From NCBI RefSeq assembly GCF_021869535.1, contig NW_026262690.1, positions 4,278,001-4,342,000 on the forward strand: 64,000 nucleotides of DNA. The letters run 5' to 3'. Made by a program: the position numbers and the translations under genes. This DNA comes from Mytilus californianus (lineage: Eukaryota). The notes under the pieces are model-generated. The model worked only from the letters and a program-made list of their open reading frames with translations. It searched no databases and was not told the origin of the DNA. Every line of letters starts with the position of its first letter. Position 1 is the first letter of the stretch. Shown in pieces: positions 11,957-24,011 of the stretch.

Positions 11957-12286
11957 TTATCTTGAATATGAGTATGATTCATCTCTACAATAACAACGTC
12001 GCAAAAATTTCAGCTTGAAAGGTGATACTTTCTTCGTATCGTATGTACAGTGTTTTCCGATAATGTGTAGGTCTATGCTTTCACCTAGATAAGTTGATCC
12101 TTGTTCCTTAAACTCTTTATGAACGTTTCTCTTTTTCAAACCGCATTGACATACCATAAAAATAGCAATAACTTTGTATTTGTCATTCACGATGCCAATT
12201 TCTGTTTTTATTTGACAATCTAAGCCATGTGTTTCTATATCCATATTGTCACTGGTAAACTCGTCAATATTGGTTGGATTCGACAT
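11957..12286 (-). CDS. Small Cys/His-rich protein, paralogue 4 (109 aa, long-linker type)
   Basis: H20-x3-C24-x21-C46-x-C48 and H74-x5-C80-x17-C98-x-C100; IDEF at residues 7-10. Upstream acceptor AACTTTCAG at about 12337; donor-like AAG|GTATAT shortly after the stop. Confidence 0.7.
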   Translation of the reverse strand: MSNPTNIDEFTSDNMDIETHGLDCQIKTEIGIVNDKYKVIAIFMVCQCGLKKRNVHKEFKEQGSTYLGESIDLHIIGKHCTYDTKKVSPFKLKFLRRCYCRDESYSYSR

Positions 12287-13095
12287 ATTAATATTTAAAA
12301 ATGTAGAACGGATTGTAAAGCATTGATTGATAAGACTGAAAGTTGCATGTTAAATAAGAAGAAATGTACAGTTTCATTGGATGTTATTAATACATTTCAT
12401 GAAATTCCAGAATCCGTTTAAAGAACCTCAAATTTTGTCTGGTATGTGGGAATTATTCGCAGACTATAGATGACACAACAAATTTATAAATAAGAATTAC
12501 CTTAGTTTGATTAAATAATGGCAATTGAATGATGAAATAACAGGAAAAAGGGACACCATGCAATAACTGTATCACGAAATTGTGTTGTCAAGTTACCTGA
12601 GCGTGTTAGTATGAAGCCTTTTACTATCTCTTTTATGTCGGTTCATATGTGTGTGTGATACAAGGCAGAACCAAACCCATGTAATGCTTTATAATAACCA
12701 TCATCGATAAATGTTAATCATATATTTCGTCAAAAAACATGTAGATATTAATTAACTTAATAACTTAATTCATCTTTAACCCCAACCCGTCCCCAAAAAG
12801 AATTACTCCGGATCCGGATACTATTGAAAGGTACATATAATTACTAAATCCTATGTAATTTAAGTTAACATGTTAAACAACATTCATTCAAAACATACTA
12901 CTAGTTTATGTTTCAAACCTGACATTTAAACATGTGAATATATGTATGTGTAAGTGTATAAATTATTTTTTGTATATATAAGAATACAAATAATATGGCT
13001 GTGTTTAAATATCTAAATCAATTGCAGTCACGTCAAAATAAACTAAGAAGAATTTCCTTTACCTGAACTATTTTTAACTATGTTATTTGTAGGCA

Positions 13096-14288
13096 ATGAA
13101 GAGGAAATTTCTACCAGGGAGTGACGTGTTTGTCAATAATAACTGTAAAATGGCGAATGCTAGAGATCCTGTAAAAAAGAAATGTGATATAGATGATAAT
13201 ATAACATCACATGGCGCCTCTAAAGTTGTTGCAGTAGAATTAAATAAGAAACTACCAAAAGCGAAGGAAAACGAACAGGACTCTATGCCGTCTGATGGTA
13301 AGTTAAAATATAATTCGTCGTTGTATTGTAATACTCTAAAGTCGTTTGCACCATGAATGAAAAAGTGATTTTATTTTCATCTTTCTTAATTCGTATGCAT
13401 AAATCATAAAATTTTGGATTTTTTATCAATAAAATATTTGAAGATATAAAGTATTAATGTTCAAAATCAATGCAAAAATTCTATCGATGGAACTTCCTTG
13501 AAGACCAATCGGTGTAAACAGTAAACAACTGCACATTGTATTGTCATGTCAAACACCTAGGGAAAAAAATATTTTTACGTAATATTGATATCGGCAGGAA
13601 AATAAAACAAGAAAATAAAAATGATAACAAATTAATCTAAAAAGGCAAACGATATAAAAGTAGTAGTCAATAGCAGCCTAATTGGCATGATAATGAAACA
13701 TCAACCTCTTATATGGAATATGTTGGGATTTGTAACCGTAAAAAAAATGATTAAGTACGACTACAAGACCAGCGTGAAAATAGTAAATAAAATACAAAAA
13801 CAAAAACAAAAGCATAAGATTTAGTACATCAATTTTAAAATTCTATATTGTCGTCATTTAACTATATATATTTATATTTCGTGTGATATACACTTTTTCT
13901 TCCTTGTCTGGCTATCTGTTCCTGTTAACCTTTACTGCATTCTACCAATAATCTTTATGTTCACATCAGTGATGATCGCAAGTGCTTTATAACATATACA
14001 TAAGTCATCATCTTAGTCCAGGCTGAAATCTGGAAAAAAAGTCACAAACCAGAAGAGGACAGACTAATGATGGACAAACTGAGTTTATCAAATGCTATCA
14101 GCAGCATAAATGTTCTATAACAGCCAACCAAATTAAATTTAAAAACCAAATGTGTCACTGTTAATACAGGGTTTCATTTGATTTCAGATGAGGATGGTTA
14201 TCCAGATTTACATCTTGATCCTGATGTTATAGCTCAACGGAAGAGAGACAAAAACAAAAAAGAAAATATTGAGATGTCGAACAGTTAA
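13096..14288 (+). CDS. Two-exon 100-aa hydrophilic, charged protein of unknown function (exons 13096-13297, 14188-14288)
   Basis: Acceptor TTATTTGTAG ending at 13092, ATG at 13096, donor ATG|GTAAGT at 13297/13298 (phase 1), acceptor TTTGATTTCAG ending at 14187. The phase-compatible second exon reads DEDGYPDLHLDPDVIAQRKRDKNKKENIEMSNS-stop. Confidence 0.6.
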
Positions 14289-14698
14289 ACAAACAGAATG
14301 ACTAAAGACTGTAAAGAACTTTTATGCAAATCTTAATACCGCAGTTATTATATTGAAACTGAATAGATACGTTGTTCAATTGAATCTGAAAACAGCGTTT
14401 AGACGTTTTATCATTGAAATGACCTTCGTGGTAACTATATAAAACTTTTTATGTACATTATAGATGTATGAAAACTTGCCTTAAATATGTTAGCATATGC
14501 ATTTTTTATTGTATCCAATGAGACATGAAACATGTATATATTACGAAATTTGTTCATTTTGTGGTTTTTGTATTACCATATCATAACACATTCACGTGTC
14601 TAAACCAAGACCTTGTGTGCGCAAGTTCAAATATCATCTATTGATTTTGTATTGAAATTTAAAGGACTAAATTACAGCATGTATGAATGTATGATTTA

Positions 14699-15821
14699 GG
14701 CCGTGTTCACATTGATCTAAACTCGGTGTTGTGTTTGTGTAATTCACACGTAAACTAAACACACTTACGTTCCCATTGATACAACTCAATGTTTACATGT
14801 AGTTTATATCATGTTTTGTCTACATGCAGTCGATAGTCAATGTAGGCCTTGTGTGGGTCAAGTGTACACAAAACAAGGTATTAAGAACATGAATTCTACC
14901 ATGTATATTTAAAGAAGAAACGTTTTTTGAATAAAATTGATATTTATCACAATTATTAATAAAGTTCTTTACTGAATTGATTGTCTAAACTCAATATATT
15001 GCTTTGTTATAAAAAAAACTAAAGGTAGCTTTATCAAGACTCAAAGCATCATCATCACCTTTGTCAAGACTCAAAGCATCATCATCACCTTTGTCAAGAC
15101 TCAAAGCATCATCATTGCCAAACTCATAATTCATTTGAAAATGTCTTCCCGAATCGACTGGACGTACACAGAAATATTTGCCACTGGTCTTTACTCAATC
15201 AACGATTCACTCATAAATACATTACTAAAAAGAGTGTGCGGTAAATTGTATCGTTTGGTTAGTAACTCAGATCCGGTAAAATGCACTTAGAAATAAAAAA
15301 AAAAGCATTAATTTGTAATGTACGTAACGATCTGTTATTTTTTAGCCAAAGTTTTTTTTTCGCGACCAAATTTATTAAGTTTTTAAAGCAATCAATCAAT
15401 TTTTTTTTCTTCAAAATTTAACACTATAAGGTATGGGGGAAATCTGCATTCAGAATATTTTTTTTTTATCATCTGCTTGACCAGAATATTTTTTTTTTTA
15501 AGTTAAATGGTTGTTCTCTAAGCACGTTGCTGCGGCCTACGTTTTTTATTGGGTAATCGAGACATCTTTAGTATCTTAAAAGTACTGCAAATCATCGAAA
15601 TGGCTTTCATAGCTGCTAGAAAAGTTTCCAAGAAATTTGAATTCGATTCTATGTAATGAGCATTTAAATGACATATAGTTTACAAGTGTGAACAAATCTC
15701 ATGTACAGGTAATTAAACCAGGTGTATAGATGTGAACAAATTTAATGTGAAACCAGTGTACATTACATTAAACTAAATGTAAACATGTTTACTGTACATG
15801 ACGTTTGGTGTGAACACGGCC
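14699..15821. mobile_element. Non-autonomous PIF/Harbinger-like element
   Basis: Perfect 13-bp TIRs GGCCGTGTTCACA / TGTGAACACGGCC, TTA target duplication at 14696-14698 and 15822-15824, subterminal TGTGAACA repeats. Confidence 0.75.
15034..15115. repeat. 30-bp tandem repeat, 2.7 copies
   Basis: Unit TCAAGACTCAAAGCATCATCATCACCTTTG, read directly. Confidence 0.95.
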
Positions 15822-16211
15822 TTAGACTAGTTTTATTGATTACAAATAAAATTTTGTACAAGAGTATTTTTCTTAATTAAAATTTCACTAGAAACATACT
15901 TTTCAAAGCAATATTTATTCCATCATCTGAAGTTTTATGATTATGGAAATAGAACGATAAGAAACTACTAACAACAGAAGAAGTAACTATGCATATATTT
16001 TATTCAGGTTATATGTATATAAATCTATATATAGCCCGAATAAGAAACTAATTGTCCGCTGTTTCATTTAAATGAGAAATTGAAAACGCATTGTCAATTC
16101 TAAAATTGGTTTACTTGTCATTTTTAAATCTGATGATAATTTGTAAATTTAACGGTCGAAATTCTCGCGGGGAACAAAACGAAGCAAATAACATTAACTG
16201 TACCATGTTTT

Positions 16212-16255
16212 GCACCAGATTCGCATTTCGATATTAAACGTCTCTTCAGTGATGC
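16212..16255 (-). ncRNA. Type I minimal hammerhead ribozyme motif, near intact
   Basis: Minus strand: GCATCA-CUGAAGA-GAC(gtttaat)ATC-GAAA-U(GCGA)A-UC/-UGGUGC. Stem I has 6 bp, the core is conserved, stem II has one mismatch. Confidence 0.65.
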
Positions 16256-17558
16256 TCAGGTCAAAATACTTGAAAATCCAAAGCTTATTAAAAACATCCG
16301 AAAGGTAAAAAAAATAGTATAGACACAGTCAGGCTAGTAATCAGAGAACTGATCAAAATTGAACAGGAAGTTAATATTCTTGTTGTTGCGTTACATTCTT
16401 TGGTTAAAAAATATTTGAAAGAGACAATTTATAAATGTTATACATAAGGAAGCACTTCCTTCGTACACTTTGTAATAGTAATTCAACAAAAGAAAAATTT
16501 TACCGATGCTGATCTAAGTAATGTGTTCACTATCAAACTATTAAACCATATGCAAATTTCGACAAATACTAAATTACAAATTATCTATTAAACTCAACCG
16601 TCAAACGTCAAATCGTTTGGGAATCTAACATAGTAGTCGATTCAAGATTTAAAACACTGTCAAAAATTTATTATTATTATTATTATTCTAATATTTTTCT
16701 AATAATTTTCCTCTCCCAAATTAACTGTTCGTGTTTAAAGATCGAAATTTTAGATAAATAGATGACAATGTTCTATTTATTTTATGTGAATACAAACATT
16801 TTAAACTTTTGAATCTTTTGAAACTTATTTGTATTTCACTATAAAATCATCTACATGATTGTACAAACAAACATAATGCACAAACAAAATATAAGAGATT
16901 TTCCAAATCGAATTTTCCTTGGAGTTCGGTATTTTTATTATTTCACTTTTAAATCAACCAACATTAATGAACTTATATGAAACATTCACTAATATAAAGA
17001 TACATTTTGAACTGTTCATATATCAAATAAAATTCAAATGAGTGAAAGAGTAACTTCCCTTGAAATGTAGACTTCCGGTAAATTAGAGTTACCGTACTTG
17101 CAATAAGCGTATCAAAGAGCCTGTAAATCAGCGTTAGGGAAAGCCGCTCATTTTGAAAAAGAATGAGACAGTCGAACAAAAACAATTGAAATAGTATTTG
17201 AATATGATATAAAGCTTCCCGATAGCGATTGCCATTCGACGTTTTCGCAGTTCCACCAATGGATAAGCTAAACAATGTAATTAAATGCCGAAACACGGCG
17301 ATTGAGGCGATAGATCCGAATTGTCACAATGTAATTTAAACATAAAACAGATAATCAGGTTGCGGACAACCTTTCAAATAGGTAATAGTTCCCAAAAAGA
17401 GTAACTAATCCTCAAATGAGGGATATCTCTCTTTTATTAACGGAACTTTTTTTCTAGTGCTCTGTTTATACTTGAAATGACACACAACGGGAGGGTTGAG
17501 ATCTAAAAAAAACCAACATGTTTAACCCTGCTGCATTTTTGAGCATGTCCCAAGTCAG

Positions 17559-18024
17559 GGGTAACACGAATGACCGAATAACACCGTTATTATCCAAATA
17601 ACACTTGTAATGACCGAATAACACTTGAAATTTTAATATTAGCACATATTGGTGACTTTTAAACATTGATTATTAAATAATATTATATTATAAGTGTATT
17701 TTATAACTTAAAAATGATTAACAGAAAGCAGGTAACTTCATAAAGATCGTTTTAAATTTAGTGTGCACATCCAACATGGCGACCATTGTGATTTCCTTGG
17801 TCGCCATGTTGGATGTACACACTATATTTAAAATAATCTTTATGAACTTACCTACTTTCTGTAAATTATTTTTAAGTTATAAAATACATTAATAATATAC
17901 TATTATTTTTTAATCAATATTTAAAAGTCACCAATATGTGCTAATATTAAAATTTTAAGTGTTATTCGGTCATTACAAGTGTTATTCTGATAATAACGGT
18001 GTTATTCGGTAATTCTAGGTACCG
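17559..18024. mobile_element. 466-bp fully palindromic (foldback) MITE, Mutator/MULE-like
   Basis: Arms are symmetric about a 12-nt loop (17786-17797) out to both ends; 9-bp TSD CCAAGTCAG at 17550-17558 and 18025-18033. It interrupts another dispersed repeat (about 17505-18275). Confidence 0.8.
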
Positions 18025-20230
18025 CCAAGTCAGTCCTCAGGCCTTTGTTAGTGTTGTATGATTTTTAATTTTAGTTTCTTTTATATATTTCTGAGTTTAG
18101 TATGATGTCCATTATCACTGAACTAGTACATATTTTTGTTTAGGGGCCAGCTGAAGCACTCCTCCAGGTGTGGGATTTTCTTGCTGTATTGAAGACCAAT
18201 TGGTGGCCTTCAGCTGTTTTCTGCTCTTCTGGGCGGGTTGTTGTCTTTTTGACACATTCCCCATTTCCATTCTTATTTTTTGTATTCATGAAAAAGACGA
18301 ATAGTTCTAACCTGCTTTACTGGAAAGTAACAAGCCTGAGCAATATTCGAAAAAATTTACAATTTTTAAGACTTTTAACTTTTTTTTTAAACCAAATATA
18401 AAAGTATGGTGCTTTGCCTTTCGAAGTATTGCTCTGTTTTCTTAAATATATTGTGCCATTAAAAATGATTTTCAATAAAAAGACTTGATTAAGAAAATTT
18501 TGTTTTTACCACTATAAAATGATTACTCAATTGAGGGAGTGTTTCTAATTTCGGGAATACTTCCCCATTTTGATGGTTGTCCCAACATGGAATACAGAAT
18601 CTAGAAAACAACAATTCTGGATTATACAAGTCTCATAACAAATATAGCTAGATTTAGCTAAAAAATAATTATCTCCCTTTGATATATTTGATAGAAATTT
18701 CTGCTTTATTATAAGGTACAGCATTATAAAAAAATCTGAAATTATTTCAAAAAGCAAATGACAATATTTTATAAGAAGAAAAAAAAAAGCTCTGTACCAA
18801 TCAAACACAGATCATACCAACCAATTAATTTGAACAAAACTTGAATACTGTTCACTGTTGCCCCTCCTTGAACCTACCACAATTTAAAACAGTAATTCCG
18901 TAGGAAAGATTCAAAAGCTGGTCAATTAAGATTTGATAGAACTACTATTTTAGGCATGTGTTACCTGTTAAAGTGGACAAAGTCTATTACAAATTTTATT
19001 TTCATTGTAATGCTTTCATTATTCTTTTTGGTACTCAGATATGCAAATTTGTAGGAAATCATATGGCTTACATGGCAGTGTCTGTCAATAGAACAGGAAC
19101 AGGGTAATGCACAAGCTCATTTGTTTAGAGAAAAAAAGATAATAATTTTGAGTTTCTTACTGTAGCATATTGTTTTTATGAATCTACTTTTATTGAGGAC
19201 TTCTTCCTTCTACATGAATAATAAACAGTTTACACAGAAATATGTCTAGCCTTTTTATAACTTTGATAGTACATCTATAATGATTATTGATAATTCAAAA
19301 TTGAATGTTAATATTTAAACATGCAAACTATGCAAAACATTCAAAATCAATGGCCCATGACTGAACAGAGGGTTGACAAAAAACCCTGTTCTATGAGAAT
19401 AGCCCAACTCAGAAGATAATACTGGGAACACCCATGTTTAACTGGGTTTATAGACGGTAATACTAGGCAATGCATGCATGACATACTGGATATGCTGGCC
19501 TTAATCTCCAAGAGGTTTTACTGACTAATTACATTGTACAATAATTTGAGAGAGCGTTGGTCCAGAAACTAGACAATCGTGAACAATTTGCTTGAAAGGA
19601 TTCAAAGATAACCCTTATAAAAATTGTAATGCCTTTCTACCTTAATTGATCAAAGTCAAATAATTAAATATTTTATACTTTTTTTAATAATACAACATGA
19701 AATTGAGTAAAAAAGTAGTCAAAATATGTAAGGAAAATGACAATTCTAAAAGCAATCAATTAAAGGCAGGGTTTGTGAAGCTGATTTTGTTACAGGACAA
19801 GTTTATTATGGGTAGAGTCAATAGGGAGTAATTTCTAGGACCCAAGGTCACAATTAATTAACAAGTGCAGTCTGCACCAAAATCTTTACCAACTACTAGT
19901 CTGAAGACCATATTCAAACAGTTTTCATATGTGTTTAAACAAATATTTGCATAAACTTACTAGTCTGATTACAATTTTACTAGTCAAGGGCATCGGGCTA
20001 GTGGCTATAAATGGTGTAGACTGCAAGTGTAAACAAGTAAATGCGGAATGCACAAATTAATCCTATAAATAATGCTACACATGTTTCTTACATGTATTTA
20101 TGATATTTTCTTTAATAAGTTCTTGATATGGTTCAAGCATTGATTAAATGAGAACTTATCATACTAAGGCTATATTTCATGGTACAATTATAAGGGCTTT
20201 ACTGTCAAAATTAATCTGAATTAGGCCATG

Positions 20231-21145
20231 TTTTTTGTCAAGCCTATGACTTTTGTCACAAAAAGCAAGACACATGGATATTGATGCAGTGGTTGCATTG
20301 TCTAATTACTTAAAAGTTTTTAATATTTCAGAAGGTAGAAGACCTGGATACTTCATACTTTAATTTGTATATAGACACCTTATATACATGTAATGTAGTG
20401 TCTGTCATATGTCCATTGTCCTTGGCCTCATTTTCATGGATAAGTGACAACTTGAAAAAGAGATAAGATATAATTTGTAATGTTAATTTCCCTCTTATTA
20501 TGAGAAATAGAATTAACTATATTTGGTTTGTACAAAATCTTCATGTCTGTCAGACAGTGTTCACTTGACTTCTACCTCATTTCATGGATCAGTGAAAAAG
20601 GTTAAGTTTTCATGGTCAAGTCCATATCTCAGAAACTAAAGGCAATAGGTGTACTATGTTTGGTATATGGAATGATTGTGAGGTGTACATTTCCAGCTGG
20701 TACAAATGTAGGTGTCATCTGACCTTGACCTCATTTTCATAGTTGAGTGATAAAAGTTAAGTTTTTGTGTTTTTGGTCTGTTTTTTTATACACTTTATAA
20801 CAATATTAATAGGTCAGTTAAGTTTGGTGTATGAAATAATGTAAGCTGTACATTTCTGTTTGGCCAGTTTCTTATGACCTTGACTTATTTTCACGGTTCA
20901 TTGGTCAATGTAAAGATTTTGTGTTTTGTGGGGTGTTTTTTTTAATGACAGTCTTGAATTTAATTTTTTTGACATAATTAATATTTAAATTAAATCTTTA
21001 TAGATTTTTATAAAGCTTGGACAGAAGTTAATCTTTTTTTTTAATCTGTATTTTTCTTGAAAAATGGATTCACTTTTTAAGTCAACATTACACTTTTACA
21101 CTGTGTTGCAGGCAAGACACAGGGTTCCACAAAACCTTACAAGCT
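20231..21145 (+). mobile_element. Degenerate Helentron-type HINE with internal ~150-bp repeats
   Basis: 5' tttttgtcaagcctatgacttttgtcac hairpin, internal TGACCTTGACC units and 3' gcaggcaagacac end; homologous to 46658-47836. Confidence 0.65.
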
Positions 21146-21867
21146 TTTATAGTTTGTTCTTGTATTGTACTGATATACCACTAACTCAGGTTAGGGGGAG
21201 GGTTTGGCATCAACAAGTTTAACCCTGCACCATTCTGTAAAAACTCTGTGCTTGTCCGAAGACAGGAACATGTAATTTTGTGGTTGTTGTTTGTTGCTGT
21301 ATATCATACATGTATTTGTTTTCTCGTTCAATGGTTTTGTACATAAATCATGCAGTTAATTTAGGTCTTTTATTGCTGAATATCAGTTTTTCATTTGGTC
21401 TCTGGTCTCACATTGGCAACTATATCAAATCTTATTTTTACATACAATAAAATTAGTACAACAATTCTTCAATCATGTTTATTCAAATGTAGAAGATGAC
21501 TTAAATCTAGAGCACATATTATCATGATAACTTACAGCTACATTTTGTGAATGCTAAAGTTAACATATATGAACAATTCTCTAATTCTTACACAATTTAT
21601 CTTTTTCCTGACATGTTGATTATTTATATTTAATCAATGTGTGGTTCTTTTGATCTCAGTTCTCTATTGGTCAAAATTTGATTGTGACGTCTAATTTTCT
21701 TTCTTTCCCATTGTGATGGCATGAAAAAAGGCAACTATGCCTGATGACGTCACATAGAAAGAACACATCTTTTTGTAGATCATTTGAAAAAAAGGAATAA
21801 GTTTGCCTGCATATTGTTCAAAAATCTTTATAGAAACAGATTCCAACACCAAATCTCGTATAATACA

Positions 21868-21968
21868 ATATTTATCCACTCTCGACAGTTAAATTTAGCA
21901 TATTTTAAACGCTCGGCCAGCCTCATGTTTTAAATTTGAAAATTTAACTGTCTCGAGTGGATAAATAT
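21868..21968. repeat. Inverted repeat (29-bp arms, 2 mismatches) within a dispersed repeat
   Basis: ATATTTATCCACTCTCGACAGTTAAATTT ... AAATTTAACTGTCTCGAGTGGATAAATAT. Confidence 0.8.
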
Positions 21969-24011
21969 CGTATCACACTCGATGCAGTGGAGAATCTATA
22001 CTATGCTTTAAAAGCTCCTTTAAATTTCTCAGGTTTATCACATTAGCTTAAGACAATCATATTTTCAATTGTATCCATATTTTCTTTCTCTCAGATTTTA
22101 CCATTATTTCAAGCAATTCTTGAGATCGGAAGTCAATTTCAGAATAAAAATGTTTGACAAGAAGCATGTTTGAAATAAAATGTGTTTGCCAATGTTTGCC
22201 CTCATGAACAGTTACAGTATATTTCACTTTCCTTGATTCAGAAAGTAGCAGTAATTGATGGCACTCTAATTTCAGATTTATCAAATTATCTTATATGGTT
22301 GTTATAATGTTTTATTACATTGTTTTGCACAAATATACAGTTATATGTAAATACTAAATAATTAAATTTTCTGCAATTGTTAATTTATGTATCTACAAAT
22401 TTCTATTTCACAATGTGGCACAATTTATTATTATTTTTTTAAATATTTGAAAATAACCAGACTAATTTTATCAATTTAAATTCCAGTTTCATTGATTTTT
22501 CTATATATATATAGCTATATTTCATCAGTTTTATTTTGCAATTTTATCTTTAGGTTTTAAATTGTTCATTAATCAAAACCTGGGATTTCACATTGCCAAT
22601 GACGTGGTATAAACACCTTGTTCTGATACACGATCTTAGTCAAATCTGTTTATAGATATTGGGATTTAGAGCCTATTTATAGTTTACAAAAATATTGTAA
22701 AGTCATATTTTTTAAGTTGACATATGTAAAAATAAGTTTGTATGTTATCGACACATTTTCAACTTGAAATTCCATTGTCTTTGTTTTGCTCTTTTGGGGT
22801 CTTACAGATGATTTTATATTTTGATTGCATGACATGGTTATTACTTCAAATAATAAACCTATTATTGAAGTTAAGTTATTTGTAAAAATATTATATGCAA
22901 GGTTGAAGGCATGTTAAAAAACAACTCATAAAAATGTCAAATGCTTTAAATTGCTATGATTTGTTATATTTAATTTCAGTAAGGAACTTGGTATGACTTA
23001 CTTCTAATTACAATTTCAAAATTGAAACTAAGCTCTTTCTTTATTCTACAGCATTCATTATTATCTCATATTTCTGTGAAAGAATATATTATCTGAAGTA
23101 CTTGATATATTGCTATATATGTAAAAGAACAAGTGAAATCTTATACTTTTTAGAAAATACAAAAAAAAGGGATTACATTTCTCCCAATACACAAGCTGTG
23201 ACTTGAAATTTATGGTTTAAGTACATATATGTTAAATAATCTCTATCTCACACAATGATAACAATTTCTCTGACTAAAAAATATTAATGACATCAGAATC
23301 AGTGAAAATAACTTTTTTCTATCTTTATGAATTGTTGAAAACAGCTATACATTAGACCACAGAGCCAAGGATATTTTTAGCTTTTTATATCATAATGTAG
23401 TAGAATAATTAAGAAGATCAAGATCCTACTTAAAAGATTGGTTTCTTCAAAAACATAAATATGAACAAAGCTAGTTCATAGAGTTGAAATATTATTCTTT
23501 TCTTGTACAGTTACAAAACACATACAGATTTATTTACATGTACAAAGCCTCGATGCATATTGAGATTTTGTGACAATGAGAATTTAAGTATGTTCAGTAG
23601 TAATCTAAAATAAAATTAACAGTGTTTCAATTTATCTTGTATAATTCAAATTTTAATATCTGAATACAATTGATGCATTTTTCCTGTATATTTCTAAGAT
23701 CATTTACAGAAATATAACTGTTAGTAACATTTGGTGTTATCAGTATTATAGTAACCTGGTTGGGACCAATCAAGTTTGGAAAAGAGGAATTATTCAGAGA
23801 ACAAACCAAGAATTGTGCAGCCATTGCAGGAGCCATCATCATAAAGGTAATATTTGAAATGAACATTGCAAAAGAAATGTTAAGAAATGCGAAAGAACTA
23901 ATAAGAAATTGTAATAAGAAAGTTTTAATATAATTCTAAATGTACATTAATACTGAGCATTGGTGTCACATAACATGTACAAGCTTTAATCGAATCTGTG
24001 CTTTAATATTT

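Noticed and set aside
14057-14163. Plus-strand frame ending QQHKCSITANQIKFKNQMCHC as a fifth paralogue
   Set aside because: No ATG, only one partial motif, an upstream in-frame stop, and it sits in the predicted intron; likely chance, though a decayed copy cannot be excluded.
23627-23866. 79-aa ORF and opposite-strand exon-like frame
   Set aside because: Both strands have open frames and plausible splice sites, with no motif to decide; not supportable as a CDS.
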